Source of the DNA: Candidatus Bathyarchaeota archaeon
Lineage (GTDB): Archaea > Thermoproteota > Bathyarchaeia > Bathyarchaeales > Bathycorpusculaceae
Reading direction: 5' to 3'
Assembly: GCA_963717465.1 (NCBI GenBank)
Contig: OY970340.1
Coordinates: forward strand, 1,024,001-1,088,000
Length of the DNA: 64,000 nucleotides
This document shows, piece by piece, positions 1 through 10,545 of the stretch. The translations under genes were made by a program, and so were the position numbers. Numbering within the stretch: the first letter of the stretch is position 1; each line of letters begins with the position of its first letter. The notes under the pieces are model-generated. The model was not told the origin of the DNA, searched no databases, and saw nothing but the letters and a program-made list of their open reading frames with translations.

Positions 1-2
1 TT

Positions 3-599
3 GCCGCGTTAAAAGACCAAAGCACCACGCTATTTGACAGCGTAATTAACGCCCACAATGATGTTGGCCGACTTGGATTGTACGTTGTTCGTCAGCTGAA
101 GTATGGAATTGAACGAAACCTGTACCGTGAACTCGGATTTAAAACTCCTAAAGAGTTTCTCCTCTACCGAATAGCAGTCAATGACATCGAAAACATAAGC
201 GAAAACGCAATAAACATAATAAACAATCTACGTGCACTGCAAAAGTTAATCGAGGAAGAAGCACTTTTCATAAAAGACCCCTTAGATGAAGAAATTTATA
301 ATCAACTGGCCAATTTCAGTTCTCTATCGCATCAACTGTACGAAGATGCTATAAAAGCACTCTTTAAAAGAGAATATAAAGATGCAGAAAAACTGATTTC
401 TAAACGCGAATCCCTGATTCCGCTTGAAAACGAGTTAATTATGCTGATGTCCAGCAAGAAAATCGATCCTAACGTAATCTCACTTCTAAGATTAATCTTT
501 GACAGCACAAGACGAATAATGGATTACAGCAGAAATATGGCTGAACTAACATTGAACAGGACAGTAGAAGAAATATGCTCAACACTCACTTCAAAGTAG
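3..599 (+). CDS. PhoU-domain phosphate uptake regulator (5'-truncated by window)
   Basis: Open frame from window edge; helical PhoU-like repeats ('NDIENISENAINI', 'TRRIMDYSRNMAELT'). Confidence 0.75.
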   Translation, partial: AALKDQSTTLFDSVINAHNDVGRLGLYVVRQLKYGIERNLYRELGFKTPKEFLLYRIAVNDIENISENAINIINNLRALQKLIEEEALFIKDPLDEEIYNQLANFSSLSHQLYEDAIKALFKREYKDAEKLISKRESLIPLENELIMLMSSKKIDPNVISLLRLIFDSTRRIMDYSRNMAELTLNRTVEEICSTLTSK

Positions 600-822
600 C
601 CTACAGAGAGTTTATACTTTAGCAATACTAACTAAAGTAGTGGCACAACTGCAAGTTGTCTTAAAATAGCTTTTTTAGAGCACTTGTTCAGATGATGTAT
701 GGAACTCTGCGAGGTTTCAGCCTGTGCAATTTGGTACATGGTTTTTCGGAGCCCTTGCTTCGTTGTTCCGAAACCTAAAATAAGCTGGTAACAAAAAGTA
801 TAGCGTCTTGAGGAAAGATTTA

Positions 823-2077
823 GTGTCATCGATAATTGAAGACCTTATTGCCCGAAAAGTGTTCAATAATCGGGGAGAGGAAACCATAGAAGTTGACGTT
901 ATTACAACTTCAGGTTTCGGTCGAGCTTCAGCGCCCAGCCGGAAAAAGCCGTGGGAAAGCCGAAGTAATTTATTATCCTCAAGGTGGAATTGATCAAGCA
1001 ATTAAGAAGGTTGACGAGTTAATTACTCCAGAATTGGCGGGGTTAAACTCTGATTCTCAAGAAGAAATAGATTCTACACTTCATGAGATAGATGCCACTA
1101 CAAACTTCAAGAACATTGGCGGAAACACTGCTTTTGCAATTTCCTTAGCTAACGCTGAAGCAGCAGCGAATTCGCATGGGCTTTTGCTTTTCCAGTTTTT
1201 AGGCGGAAATTCCGCTACTGCATTGCCTTTTCCGCTTGGAAACTGCATAAGCGGTGGATTGCATGCAAGGGGCAAATCGCCCGATATTCAAGAATACCTT
1301 GCGTTGCCACATGGCGCTGAGACTTTTCTTGAAGCAGCCACTGCAAATACCCAAATTCACAAGAAAATTGGTGACGCGCTGAAGAAGAAAGATAGCAACT
1401 TTAACGGTGGAAAAAGCGATGAGGGTGCATGGATTGCCAATGTTGACACGGTTGACGCTTTTGAAGTCATAGCTAAAGCCTGCGAGGAAGTGGGTAATGA
1501 GCTTGATTTTGAATGCGGTTTTGGTTTAGATGTTGCTGCTTCAAGTTTATGGAAAGAAAAAGATGAAGTTTACAATTACGGTAACGAGGGCAAAAAACGG
1601 GACAGTGGCGAGCAGCTTGAGTTTATTTTGGAATTAATCGAGAAATATCATCTATCTTATGTTGAAGATCCCTTTAACGAAGATGATTTTAAAAGTTTCG
1701 CTGAGCTTACTAAAAAAGCGAAAAATTGCCTCATTTGCGGCGATGATTTGTTCACAACTAACACTGAAAGGTTAAATAATGGAATAAAGATTAACGCGGG
1801 AAACGCAATCATAATAAAAGTCAACCAAATAGGTACACTTACAGACGCAATAGAAACGATTGAAACGGCGCAGAAAAGTGGTTACGTACCCGTAGTGTCT
1901 CATCGTTCAGGTGACACATGCGACTGGCACATAGCTCATTTAGCAGTGGGTTTAAAGTGCCCTTTAATTAAAACAGGCGTAGTTGAAGGCGCAAGAATCG
2001 CCAAGATAAACGAGCTAATAAGAATTGAGCATTTCCTTGGAAACAGGGCTAAAATGGCAAATCTAAAAGTAAAATAA
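823..2077 (+). CDS. eno: Enolase (one frameshift near 945)
   Basis: N-term 'IEDLIARKVFNNRGEETIEVDV' joins ORF 893..2077 with SDEGA, VEDPF, GDDL, IKVNQIGT, SHRSGDT motifs. Confidence 0.95.
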
Positions 2078-2093
2078 AATTGAAGTGTAAAAA

Positions 2094-2822
2094 ATGTCTG
2101 AGGACAAAATAAGAGAAAATTCAACAATAGATCAAGAAGAAACTGATCCTACTCAAACATCTGAAACAAAAGTTGAAGTGAAAAATCAGGAATCACAGCC
2201 AGCAGAGGAGCTTTTGCTTCCACGAGACGCATTGTTATCTGCGGGAATTCATATCGGCACTAGGATGAAAACGCTGGATATGGAGCCCTTCATTTATCGT
2301 GTCAGACCTGATGGATTATTCGTTTTGGACGTTAAAAAAACTGATGACCGAATTAGAATTGCAGCCAAATTCCTTGCACGTTATGAACCAGCAAAAGTAG
2401 CCTTGGCAGCAACAAGGCTTTACGCTCAGGAACCAATAAAGAAATTCTGCGAGATAACTGGATCGACACCGATTATCGGCAGGTTTATTCCAGGGCAAAT
2501 CTCCAACCCGCAATATCCCAATCGTATTGACCCAGAAGTAATCGTAGTTTCAGACCCAAGAGCAGATGCTCAAGCAGTGAAAGAAGCCTCAAAAGTCGGC
2601 ATTCCAATAGTTGCCTTATGCAGCACTGACAACGAGTTCGCCGGTGTAGACTTAGTTATTCCAACCAACAATAAGGGCAGACGAGCATTAGCCGTAATAT
2701 TCTGGTTGCTGGCACGACAGATTCTGCGTGAACGAGGCGAATTAGCAGCAGACAAAGACCCAACAACAACAATCGATGATTTCGAAGCCAAGGTTTCAAG
2801 AGAAGAGGAGGAGGAAATCTAA
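2094..2822 (+). CDS. rps2: 30S ribosomal protein S2 (uS2)
   Basis: 'LSAGIHIGT..MEPFIYRVRPDG', 'GRFIPG', 'PTNNKG'. Confidence 0.97.
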   Translation: MSEDKIRENSTIDQEETDPTQTSETKVEVKNQESQPAEELLLPRDALLSAGIHIGTRMKTLDMEPFIYRVRPDGLFVLDVKKTDDRIRIAAKFLARYEPAKVALAATRLYAQEPIKKFCEITGSTPIIGRFIPGQISNPQYPNRIDPEVIVVSDPRADAQAVKEASKVGIPIVALCSTDNEFAGVDLVIPTNNKGRRALAVIFWLLARQILRERGELAADKDPTTTIDDFEAKVSREEEEEI

Positions 2823-2826
2823 TAGT

Positions 2827-3681
2827 TTGCCCGTGATTCGGCGCCCAACTGTAGCTGGACAATTTTATGAAGGGACTGCTGAATCACTTAGGACACAAGT
2901 TACCTCTTGCTTTCTTCACCCGTTAGGTCCAAAAAAACTTCCAGCCGTCAACATGCATGACCACCCACGAAGAATAGTTGGCTTGGTTTCTCCACACGCG
3001 GGCTACATGTATTCTGGTCCTGTTGCAGCACATGGTTATTATGAGTTAGCTTTAGACGGACTGCCAGACACAGTAGTAGTTATGGGTCCTAATCATACTG
3101 GCTATGGCGGCGGCTTAGGACTTATGCGTGAGGGCACTTGGCGTACGCCGCTTGGAGATGTGCAAGTGGATTCTGCTTTGGCAGATGAGATTTTGCATGA
3201 ATCGCGCATCGTTGACGTGGATGAACTGGCCCATCGTTACGAGCATTCGATTGAGGTTCAACTCCCGTTTCTTCAATTCCTGTACGGTGATAAATTCAAG
3301 ATTGCGCCAATCTGCTTCCAAATGCAAGACATCGAAACTGCAACCGATGTTGGAAAAGCTCTAGTTAAAGTTCTAGCCACGAGAAACGCGGTAGTTATTG
3401 CCTCCTCAGATTTAACACATTATGAACCACAGAAAAACGCTTCCGCAAAAGATCACGAAGCCTTAGAAAAAGTGATAAACTTGGATGTTAAAGGCTTTTA
3501 TCAGGTTCTTGAATCCAAAAGAGTCACTGCTTGCGGTTTTGCCCCAATTGCCGCAGCGATGACTTATGCTAAAGGCGTCGGTGTGAAGGAAACTAGGCTC
3601 CTAAGTTATCAAACAAGCGGAGACATAACAGGCGACCATTCCAGTGTAGTTGGTTATGGTTCAGTAGTTTTTAAGAAATAA
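2827..3681 (+). CDS. AmmeMemoRadiSam system protein B / MEMO1 family
   Basis: 'RRPTVAGQFY', 'SPHAGYMYSG', 'EHSIEVQLPFLQ', 'ASSDLTHY', 'TSGD..VVGY'. Start approximate. Confidence 0.93.
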   Translation: MPVIRRPTVAGQFYEGTAESLRTQVTSCFLHPLGPKKLPAVNMHDHPRRIVGLVSPHAGYMYSGPVAAHGYYELALDGLPDTVVVMGPNHTGYGGGLGLMREGTWRTPLGDVQVDSALADEILHESRIVDVDELAHRYEHSIEVQLPFLQFLYGDKFKIAPICFQMQDIETATDVGKALVKVLATRNAVVIASSDLTHYEPQKNASAKDHEALEKVINLDVKGFYQVLESKRVTACGFAPIAAAMTYAKGVGVKETRLLSYQTSGDITGDHSSVVGYGSVVFKK

Positions 3682-3777
3682 ACAGAAATTCAAATTCGTA
3701 ACAATTATGCTATACTTTTGTAATATCCTATTGCTGAAATCAGCCAAAAATTAATTTAGAGCTTAAAAATGTTGAAG

Positions 3778-3853
3778 TAGCGGGGACTAGATTTGAACTA
3801 GTGATCTCTGGGTTATGAGCCCAGCGGGTTAATCCTGGCTACCCCACCCCGCT
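3778..3853 (-). tRNA. tRNA-Met(CAT), initiator type
   Basis: Reverse strand AGCGGGG...CTGGG CTCATAA CCCAG...GTTCAAATC...CCCCGCTA; A1-U72 pair and three consecutive G-C pairs in the anticodon stem; CCA not encoded. Confidence 0.96.
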
Positions 3854-3984
3854 ATATTTCATTTCTTTGTTCTTTTGGGTGAGTCAGTAATACTTCGTTG
3901 TCGAATATTAATAGTTTCTTTTTTTGTTTTAGCAAAAACATTTTAGTGTCGTAATTTAATTCTATGCAAAGGTGCAGTTTGCTT

Positions 3985-4656
3985 ATGGATAAGCCGTATT
4001 TGCGTGAGATTAGTCGTCCAACTCTTGATAATCCAGTGTTCATTCAAGGTCTTCCAGGGTTTGGCAATGTTGGTAGGATAGCAGCTCATCTTCTCATAAA
4101 GTTCTGTGAAGCCAAGCCTTTTGCGGAGTTGTATTCTCCTTATTTTCCTGACTATGTTTCGGTTACTTCAAAGGGCATTTGTGATTTGCCAAAATATGAT
4201 TTCTATTACGCAGTGTTTGAGAAAAATACTCTGGTAATAATGACTGGTGATGTTCAGCCTTCGTTTGATGATGTTGTTACGCATTATACGATTTGCGATG
4301 AAGTGTTGAATTTTGCGGAGACTTTAGGCTGCCGTTTTATCGTAACAATGGGCGGAGTACCCATAACAGAAGACAAAACCCAAGTATACATCGCCGCTAC
4401 ATCGCCCAAGCTTGCAACCGAGTTTATGGATAAAGGCGCTGTGATTTACAGCAAAGGTCGAATAGTCGGCGGCACAGGGCTCATGTTGGCGCTGGCGAAA
4501 GAAAAAAAAATTGATGGCGTCTGCTTGTTAGGAACCACGACTGGTTTCAATGCCGATCGCGAAGCTGGGCTTTCTGTCTTCAAGTTCTTGATGAAATCTT
4601 TAGGCAAAGAAATAAAAGAAGGGCTGAAAGAAAACAATGCAGTTGATCAGGATTAA
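3985..4656 (+). CDS. PAC2 family proteasome assembly chaperone
   Basis: 'PVFIQGLPGFGNVGRIAA', 'TGDVQP', 'TMGG', 'IVGGTGL..A', 'CLLG.T'. Confidence 0.9.
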   Translation: MDKPYLREISRPTLDNPVFIQGLPGFGNVGRIAAHLLIKFCEAKPFAELYSPYFPDYVSVTSKGICDLPKYDFYYAVFEKNTLVIMTGDVQPSFDDVVTHYTICDEVLNFAETLGCRFIVTMGGVPITEDKTQVYIAATSPKLATEFMDKGAVIYSKGRIVGGTGLMLALAKEKKIDGVCLLGTTTGFNADREAGLSVFKFLMKSLGKEIKEGLKENNAVDQD

Positions 4657-4676
4657 CAGGGTGCAGTGAACTGTAT

Positions 4677-4919
4677 ATGGCTAAAGATGATAAAACTAAA
4701 GATGGTGGCAGTAGCAGATTAGCAGAGTCGCGAGTCCTTAAAATGGTCTTGATACTATTGTCCATTTTACTAATCTTTGTTGGTCCAACGTATATTCCGT
4801 ATTTGATGATACATCACTTATATCTCGACTTTGCAGCTTCAATGATATTTGGTTTAGCGCTTTTCGTAGTAGGCATAGTAATGATGGCTTTTCTCGTTAG
4901 AAAGAATATAGTTAATTAA
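4677..4919 (+). CDS. Small membrane protein, two hydrophobic helices
   Basis: 80-aa ORF with two transmembrane-like segments. Confidence 0.65.
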   Translation: MAKDDKTKDGGSSRLAESRVLKMVLILLSILLIFVGPTYIPYLMIHHLYLDFAASMIFGLALFVVGIVMMAFLVRKNIVN

Positions 4920-4929
4920 ATTAGCATTT

Positions 4930-4984
4930 GCCTCAGATACCCTAGGGTGCATCATCAGTTCAGCATTTTGGATTCTTCATCGGC
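4930..4984 (-). ncRNA. C/D box small guide RNA
   Basis: Reverse strand GCC-G-ATGAAGA(C)-ATCCAAAATG-CTGA(D')-AC-TGATGA(C')-TGCACCCTAGGGTAT-CTGA(D)-GGC; four boxes in order, terminal GCC/GGC stem, 55 nt. Confidence 0.8.
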
Positions 4985-5104
4985 GTTTTCTAGTGGCATA
5001 CTCAGTATTATTAAGCATTCTTTTGGTTTCCAAAAAAGAGAATCTGAAATACATTCTTTGAATACATAAAAGACATATTAGATATTACCCGAGAAATAGG
5101 AAGT

Positions 5105-5689
5105 ATGCAGGCAAACAGCAGAAAAAGGCTCGAAGAAATAGCTTTTAAAAACGATGAAGCGCGAAGAACCACTATTATCCTTGATAAAGCTGAAAGAGAC
5201 TTTGTTGATTCGCTAATTAAAGAAGGCAAAGAACCAGGGATTAAACCGCTTATCTCAAAAATGCTTGAAGTGTATAGAAGCATGGCGATTTATGAATGGC
5301 GTTTTCCCGGAGAATACTATTTTGGGATAAGCCGAGTTGGCTTTGTAAATGTTGAATTATTAAATATTCTCATCCAACAAATTCCAAAAGAGAAATGGGT
5401 TGCAATAGGAAAAAAAATGGGCGACGCACTAAAGGTTTCTATTGAAACAACCATAGGCGTCGATTCAGGCAAGAAAGAGAATTGGGACAGCGTATTTTCA
5501 CGCTTAAAAGTTCAGGGATTTGGAGATTTCGCCCTGAAAGACAAGTACCTGCTTCTAAAAACACCACTAATTAATTGCGCGGAAATTTGTGAAGGAATGA
5601 TGGAGAGCCTATTAGGAGTAGAACTAGAAACAAAAAATTCAGCTTCGCCTATTGTTTTTGAAATAAAAACCAAAATGCATTCTAACTAA
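5105..5689 (+). CDS. Hypothetical protein, putative ribbon-helix-helix plus V4R-like ligand-binding regulator
   Basis: Intact 194-aa ORF; N-term 'RRTTIILDKAERDFVDSLIKEG..IKPLISKML' resembles RHH; C-term 'QGFGDF..ICEGMMESLLG' resembles V4R. Domain calls by eye. Confidence 0.55.
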   Translation: MQANSRKRLEEIAFKNDEARRTTIILDKAERDFVDSLIKEGKEPGIKPLISKMLEVYRSMAIYEWRFPGEYYFGISRVGFVNVELLNILIQQIPKEKWVAIGKKMGDALKVSIETTIGVDSGKKENWDSVFSRLKVQGFGDFALKDKYLLLKTPLINCAEICEGMMESLLGVELETKNSASPIVFEIKTKMHSN

Positions 5690-5717
5690 TGAATTATTTC
5701 GACAATTAAATATTAAG

Positions 5718-5850
5718 GAAACACTTTATAAGGAAGACAGCAAATGGTGTCTTCCAGTGATTAACAATGAGGGATTGCGTTCATACAAGGCGATTGCATT
5801 CATCTGGAATAAAAGCAATCCAGAAAATCAGCGTCTAAAAACGAAAAACT
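5718..5850 (+). promoter_or_regulatory. his operon promoter/leader: TATA box, 8-bp inverted repeat, uORF MRDCVHTRRLHSSGIKAIQKISV (5767..5838)
   Basis: TTTATAA at 5725; GGAAGACA-N8-TGTCTTCC 5732..5755; GTGAT SD-like before ATG 5767; alternative stems. Confidence 0.5.
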
Positions 5851-5950
5851 ATTTTATATTAGGCACAAAACCTCAAAAAACGATTTTTTCGAAACAATTT
5901 TTGAATAAAAAATCGTTCAGTTGTATCTCTCAAAAATTAGGTGTTAAAAA

Positions 5951-6954
5951 ATGGAAAAATTAAAATTTGCCATACCAGCTGGCTCCTTATCAAAAGCAAC
6001 CTATGAAATATTTGCGCGTTCAGGCTACAAGATTACAGGGCAAGAACGCACTTATAGACCTACAATAAATGACCCTAGAATTGAATTAAAAATTCTGCGA
6101 CCGCAAGAAATCCCGTTCTTTGTAAGTGAAGGCTTACAGGATGCGGGAATCACTGGACAGGATTGGGTCAGGGAAACCAAAGTTGACGTTGAAGTAGTTC
6201 AGAACTTGGAGTACGGGAAAATCAGGTTAGTCGTTGCTGTACCAAAAAGTTTGAGTGAAATCGGCTCTATGTCTGCCATCATGGAGAATGTTTGGAGCAA
6301 AGGAAAAAACTTCCGCGTTTCAACCGAGTACCTCAACATTGCATCAGAATACATAAAAAGCAATGCATCGTACAAGAAGCGGTTTGGAAATTCTGATCCG
6401 ATAATTGTTACTCCCTGGTGGAGGAAAGGTGACAATCCGCGAGCAAAAATATTCCTGTCTTTTGGCGCTACTGAAGCTAAACCGCCAGAAAACTCTGACT
6501 GCATCATCGACGTAACTGAAACAGGGTCAACGCTTGAAGCGAACAACCTGAAAATAATTGAAACAGCCATGGAGTCCTCAGCTGTCCTTATAGCAAACAA
6601 GAAATCGCTTGAAGACCCTGAGAAAAAAGAAAAAATCTTTCGACATAATGACCCTGCTCAAAGGCGTTGTAGATGGCTCTAAGCGAATTCACATTTTCGT
6701 TAACGTGCGCAAGGTAAACCTACAAAAACTGTTAACATCGCTGCCTGCATTAAAGAATCCTACAATTGCACCTTTGGCAGATGAGAATTGGTGTTCAGTT
6801 AACACGGTCATTGAAAAAGACTCACTTAATCGAGCTTTTGCCAAAAATACGCAAGCTTGCCCAAGGATTAGTAGTTTATGAGCCAAGGCAGGTTCTGGCA
6901 TTGGATGAAATAAGCTTAAGAGAAGAAAAATCATGCCAAAACAAATCCAAATAA
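5951..6954 (+). CDS. hisG: ATP phosphoribosyltransferase, long form (frameshifts near 6640 and 6830)
   Basis: 'KFAIPAGSL', 'LRPQEIP', 'GITGQD', 'GATE', 'DVTETGSTL'; C-terminal regulatory domain in the following frames. Confidence 0.93.
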
Positions 6955-8239
6955 GAGTTTGGGAAGCCAAAAATTTACCTTCCAACTGGCTTAAGCGTCA
7001 ATCAATCGACCAAAAAGACGACATGCAAGTGGAAAATAGTGTTAAGGATCGTTATAAAGCAAGTAGTCGAAAAAGGCAACGAGGCACTAATAGAGTTAAC
7101 CGAGAAATTTGATAAAGCAAAATTAACCGCCGAAACTCTCAGAGTTACAACTGAAGAAATAAAGGAAGCCTACAAATCAGTAACCAAAGAACAAGTCAAA
7201 GCACTCAAACTAATGAAGGACAGAGTTAAAGCTTTTGAACAATCACAAATAAACAAAACCAAAACAGAAACAATCCGCAACGGCATCACCATCCAAACCG
7301 TTCTTAAGACCTCTTGAAAGCGTCGGTTGCTATGTTCCTGGCGGGCAAGCAGTTTACCCAAGCACGTTAATAATGACTGCGACTCCAGCTAAAGTTGCCG
7401 GTGTCCCAAGAATTGTTGCTTGTTCACCGCCAAACGCGGATGGAAAAGTTAACCCGCTAATTCTTGTCGCTGCTGACCTTTGCGGAGTTGACGAAGTGTA
7501 CAAGGTTGGTGGAGCCCAGGCAATTGCTGCTTTAGCTTATGGGACAGAAACGATAAAGCCTGTGCGAAAAATCGTTGGTCCAGGCAGCAAGTATGTGACG
7601 ATGGCCAAGGTTCTTGTTTCAAGAGATGTCGCCATTGATATGCCGGCTGGTCCAAGCGAAGTTCTCATTTTGGCTGATGATTCTGCTGATCCAAAGCTTA
7701 TCGCGTACGACATGATTTCACAAGCAGAACATGGAAGTGACAGCGTCTCAGCACTCATAACCACTTCACAAGGAAATCGCAAATCAAGTCCAGGAAAACC
7801 TCACTGAACTGGCAAATTTAGCGGAAAGAGGTGAAAAAGTTGCTGCGTCACTGGAGAAATACGGGTTCATAATTACTTGTGACAGACATGGATCAAGCAA
7901 TAAGCCTAACTAACGAGTTTGCATCTGAACACCTTGAAGTTATGACGGCTAAGCCTAAGGAAACCGCCAAAAAACTCACTGCAGGATTAATCTTGATAGG
8001 CCCATACTCTCCAGTTGCATTAAGCGATTATGCCGTTGGAACAAATCATGTGTTGCCCACAGCAGGCTTCGCACACTCATTCTCAGGTTTATCCGTTTTC
8101 GATTTCATGAGACGCGTTAACATTGTTGAAAGTTCAAAAGACGGATTAACAAAAGTGAAAGACATCAATTGAAGTCTTGACAAAAGCAGAAAACCTTCCC
8201 AATCACTACAAAGCAATAGACGCAAGGTTCAAGAAATGA
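6933..8239 (+). CDS. hisD: Histidinol dehydrogenase (several frameshifts)
   Basis: 'GCYVPGG', '[15 protein letters not shown]', '[10 protein letters not shown]', 'QAEH', 'GTNHVLPT'. Confidence 0.93.
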
Positions 8240-9355
8240 GCGCATCCTACAGAAAATGGCTCGATCAAAAGCTCGCCAAATTGCAGGAAATCGACTGCTA
8301 CTCAGCAGGTGCAACGCCTGAAACAGTAGCGAAGCAAATAGGCGTCTCAACAGAGAAGATTGTTAAGCTCAATTTTAACGAAAGCTTGTTTGTTGATAGA
8401 GCAAAGCAAGCGAAACTGGTTAAGGAGTTGGCTGATGAACTTGATTTGCGCCTGTATCCTGAAGATGAAGTGCCCCGATTTCTAGCCAAGCTTTCACGCT
8501 ATATTGGGGCTCCAGAGGAGTGTCTTGTTGTCGGCAACGGCGGGGACGAATTAATCGATCGCATCATCAGGCTCTTTGTAGAAACAGGAGAAGTCACACT
8601 GGCCGTTCGCGCCGACGTTTAGCATTCCAAGACTTTGCGTTAAACGGCAAGGCGGCGAGTACATTGCAGTGCCTCTTCTGGGCAACTTGCAGCTTGATGT
8701 CAAAGGCTTGTTGGGTAAATTCTCTGAGAAAACAAGGTTGCTGTATTTATGCTCGCCTAATAATCCAACTGCAAATCAGTTCAAAATTGAAGACATTGAA
8801 ACCTTAGTTAAAGAGTTTCCAGGTATAGTTATTTTAGACGAGGCCTATGGCGAGTTTGCTGATTACTCATTTGTTCCACGTCTGAGTGAGTTTCAAAATA
8901 TGATAATTCTGCGAACGTTCTCTAAAGCCTTCGGGCTGGCGGCATTGCGGCTTGGTTATGCTGTTGCAAATCCAGATTTAGCAAGGATTCTTAGAGAGAA
9001 AGCTCCGTTGCCTTATCCAGTTAGCGGTTTCACGTTGCGGATGGGCTGCAAAATGCTTGACAACATTGCGCTAATGCAGAAGTCGGTAAAAGCGCTTGTT
9101 GCTGAACGGGGTAAGCTGATTAAGGCTCTAAACAAGATAGAGGGTGTGCAAGCTTTCGATTCTCAAGCTGACTTTTTATTGGTGAATACTCAAAAGCCTG
9201 CTGATGAAGTTAATGAGAAACTGCTTAAACGAGGTATAATGCTTAAAAAATGGGGTAAAATCCTTCAGTACGATAACTGTTTCCGTGTTACTGTAGGTTT
9301 ACCTGAAATGAACAAGAAATTAATCGTTGCATTAAAAGAAATTCAAAGTGAATGA
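8236..9355 (+). CDS. hisC: Histidinol-phosphate aminotransferase (frameshift near 8605)
   Basis: 'KLNFNES', 'GNGGDELI', 'CSPNNPT', 'DEAY', 'RTFSKAFGLAALRLGY'. Confidence 0.93.
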
Positions 9356-9935
9356 ATATGGCTAGGATAGATGAAGTTAAACGTAAAACTAAAGAAACTG
9401 AAGTCAACGTGAAAGTAAATCTTGACGGCGAAGGCAAAGTAACCGTTGCTACGAATGTAGCGTTCCTTGACCACATGATAACCAGCCTTGCCACGCACAG
9501 CCTAATTGATATCGAGGCATCGGTGAAAGGCGATTTGGTGCACCACTGTATGGAAGACTTAGCCATCGGCTTAGGCGAAGCATTAAACAAAGCCTTAGGA
9601 ACACGTGAAGGCATCACAAGGTTCGGTAACGCAGCTGCGCCAATGGATTGTTCCCTTGCTTTTGCGCAGTGGATTTGGTTAAGCGCCCATACTTCAAAAT
9701 TGACCTAAAACTTAAAGGCAAGAAAATGGAGGACATGCCCACAGAGGATATTAATCACTTCTTTGAGTCACTTACCACTTCACTGCAAGCAAACGTTCAC
9801 ATATTCATTCAGTATGGTAGCAACGATCACCACAAAGCAGAAGCAGCAACCAAAGCACTCGCACTATCACTTCGACAAGCAGTCACGCTGGATCCAAGAC
9901 GAAAAGGAGTACCAAGCTGCAAAGGAGTTATCTGA
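9352..9935 (+). CDS. hisB: Imidazoleglycerol-phosphate dehydratase (frameshift near 9665)
   Basis: 'RKTKET', 'FLDHM', 'HHCMED', 'NDHHKAEA', 'PSCKG'. Confidence 0.94.
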
Positions 9936-10540
9936 TGCCACAAATAGTCATATTCGACTATGGCGTTGGAAACCTGCTCAGCCTAAAATGCGCACTTGAA
10001 AAAGCTGGTTTGACCGCTTCAATCGGAACATCAAAAGAGCAACTAAAGAATGCAGATGCAATCGCTTTGCCCGGAGTCGGCAACTTTAGCGCTGCCGCTA
10101 CAAAACTAAATCAGGTGCAAGAGACAATTAAGTCCATGGTTGACGATGGAACACCACTTTTAGGCATATGTTTAGGTTTGCAACTTTTCTTCCAAGAAAG
10201 CCAAGAGGGACCCGGAGATGGCTTAGCGCTTTTTAGCGGCAAAAACATTTGGTTACCAAATTCAGTCAAAGTGCCCCATATGGGTTGGAACACGCTGGAA
10301 ATGGTTAAGCAAGACGAGCTCTTCGACGGGGTTGCTCCTGGCTCTTTTGTTTACTTTGTTCACTCGCTCTATCCTGTACCGCTGGATAAAAATATAGTCT
10401 GCACCAAAACTTCTTACGGGGACATCTTTACTTCATCGATAACTTGCAAGAACGTTTATGGAACCCAGTTCCATCCTGAGAAATCAGGCGAAATCGGACT
10501 GAAAATTCTGCAAAACTTCGCTAAAATTGTAACAAGGTGA
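9935..10540 (+). CDS. hisH: Imidazole glycerol phosphate synthase glutaminase subunit
   Basis: 'DYGVGNL', 'PGVG', 'GICLGLQ', 'PHMGWN', 'QFHPEKS'. Confidence 0.96.
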   Translation: MPQIVIFDYGVGNLLSLKCALEKAGLTASIGTSKEQLKNADAIALPGVGNFSAAATKLNQVQETIKSMVDDGTPLLGICLGLQLFFQESQEGPGDGLALFSGKNIWLPNSVKVPHMGWNTLEMVKQDELFDGVAPGSFVYFVHSLYPVPLDKNIVCTKTSYGDIFTSSITCKNVYGTQFHPEKSGEIGLKILQNFAKIVTR

Positions 10541-10545
10541 TTAAG

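Noticed and set aside
632..829. Minus-strand 65-aa ORF
   Set aside because: No recognisable motif, overlaps the enolase upstream region; probably spurious.
5757..5963. 68-aa ORF before hisG (and 20612..20797 before ilvB), both containing NEGL..RLK
   Set aside because: Similarity comes from the shared nucleotide motif; 20612 starts upstream of the TATA box; the SD-linked ATG frames are better supported.
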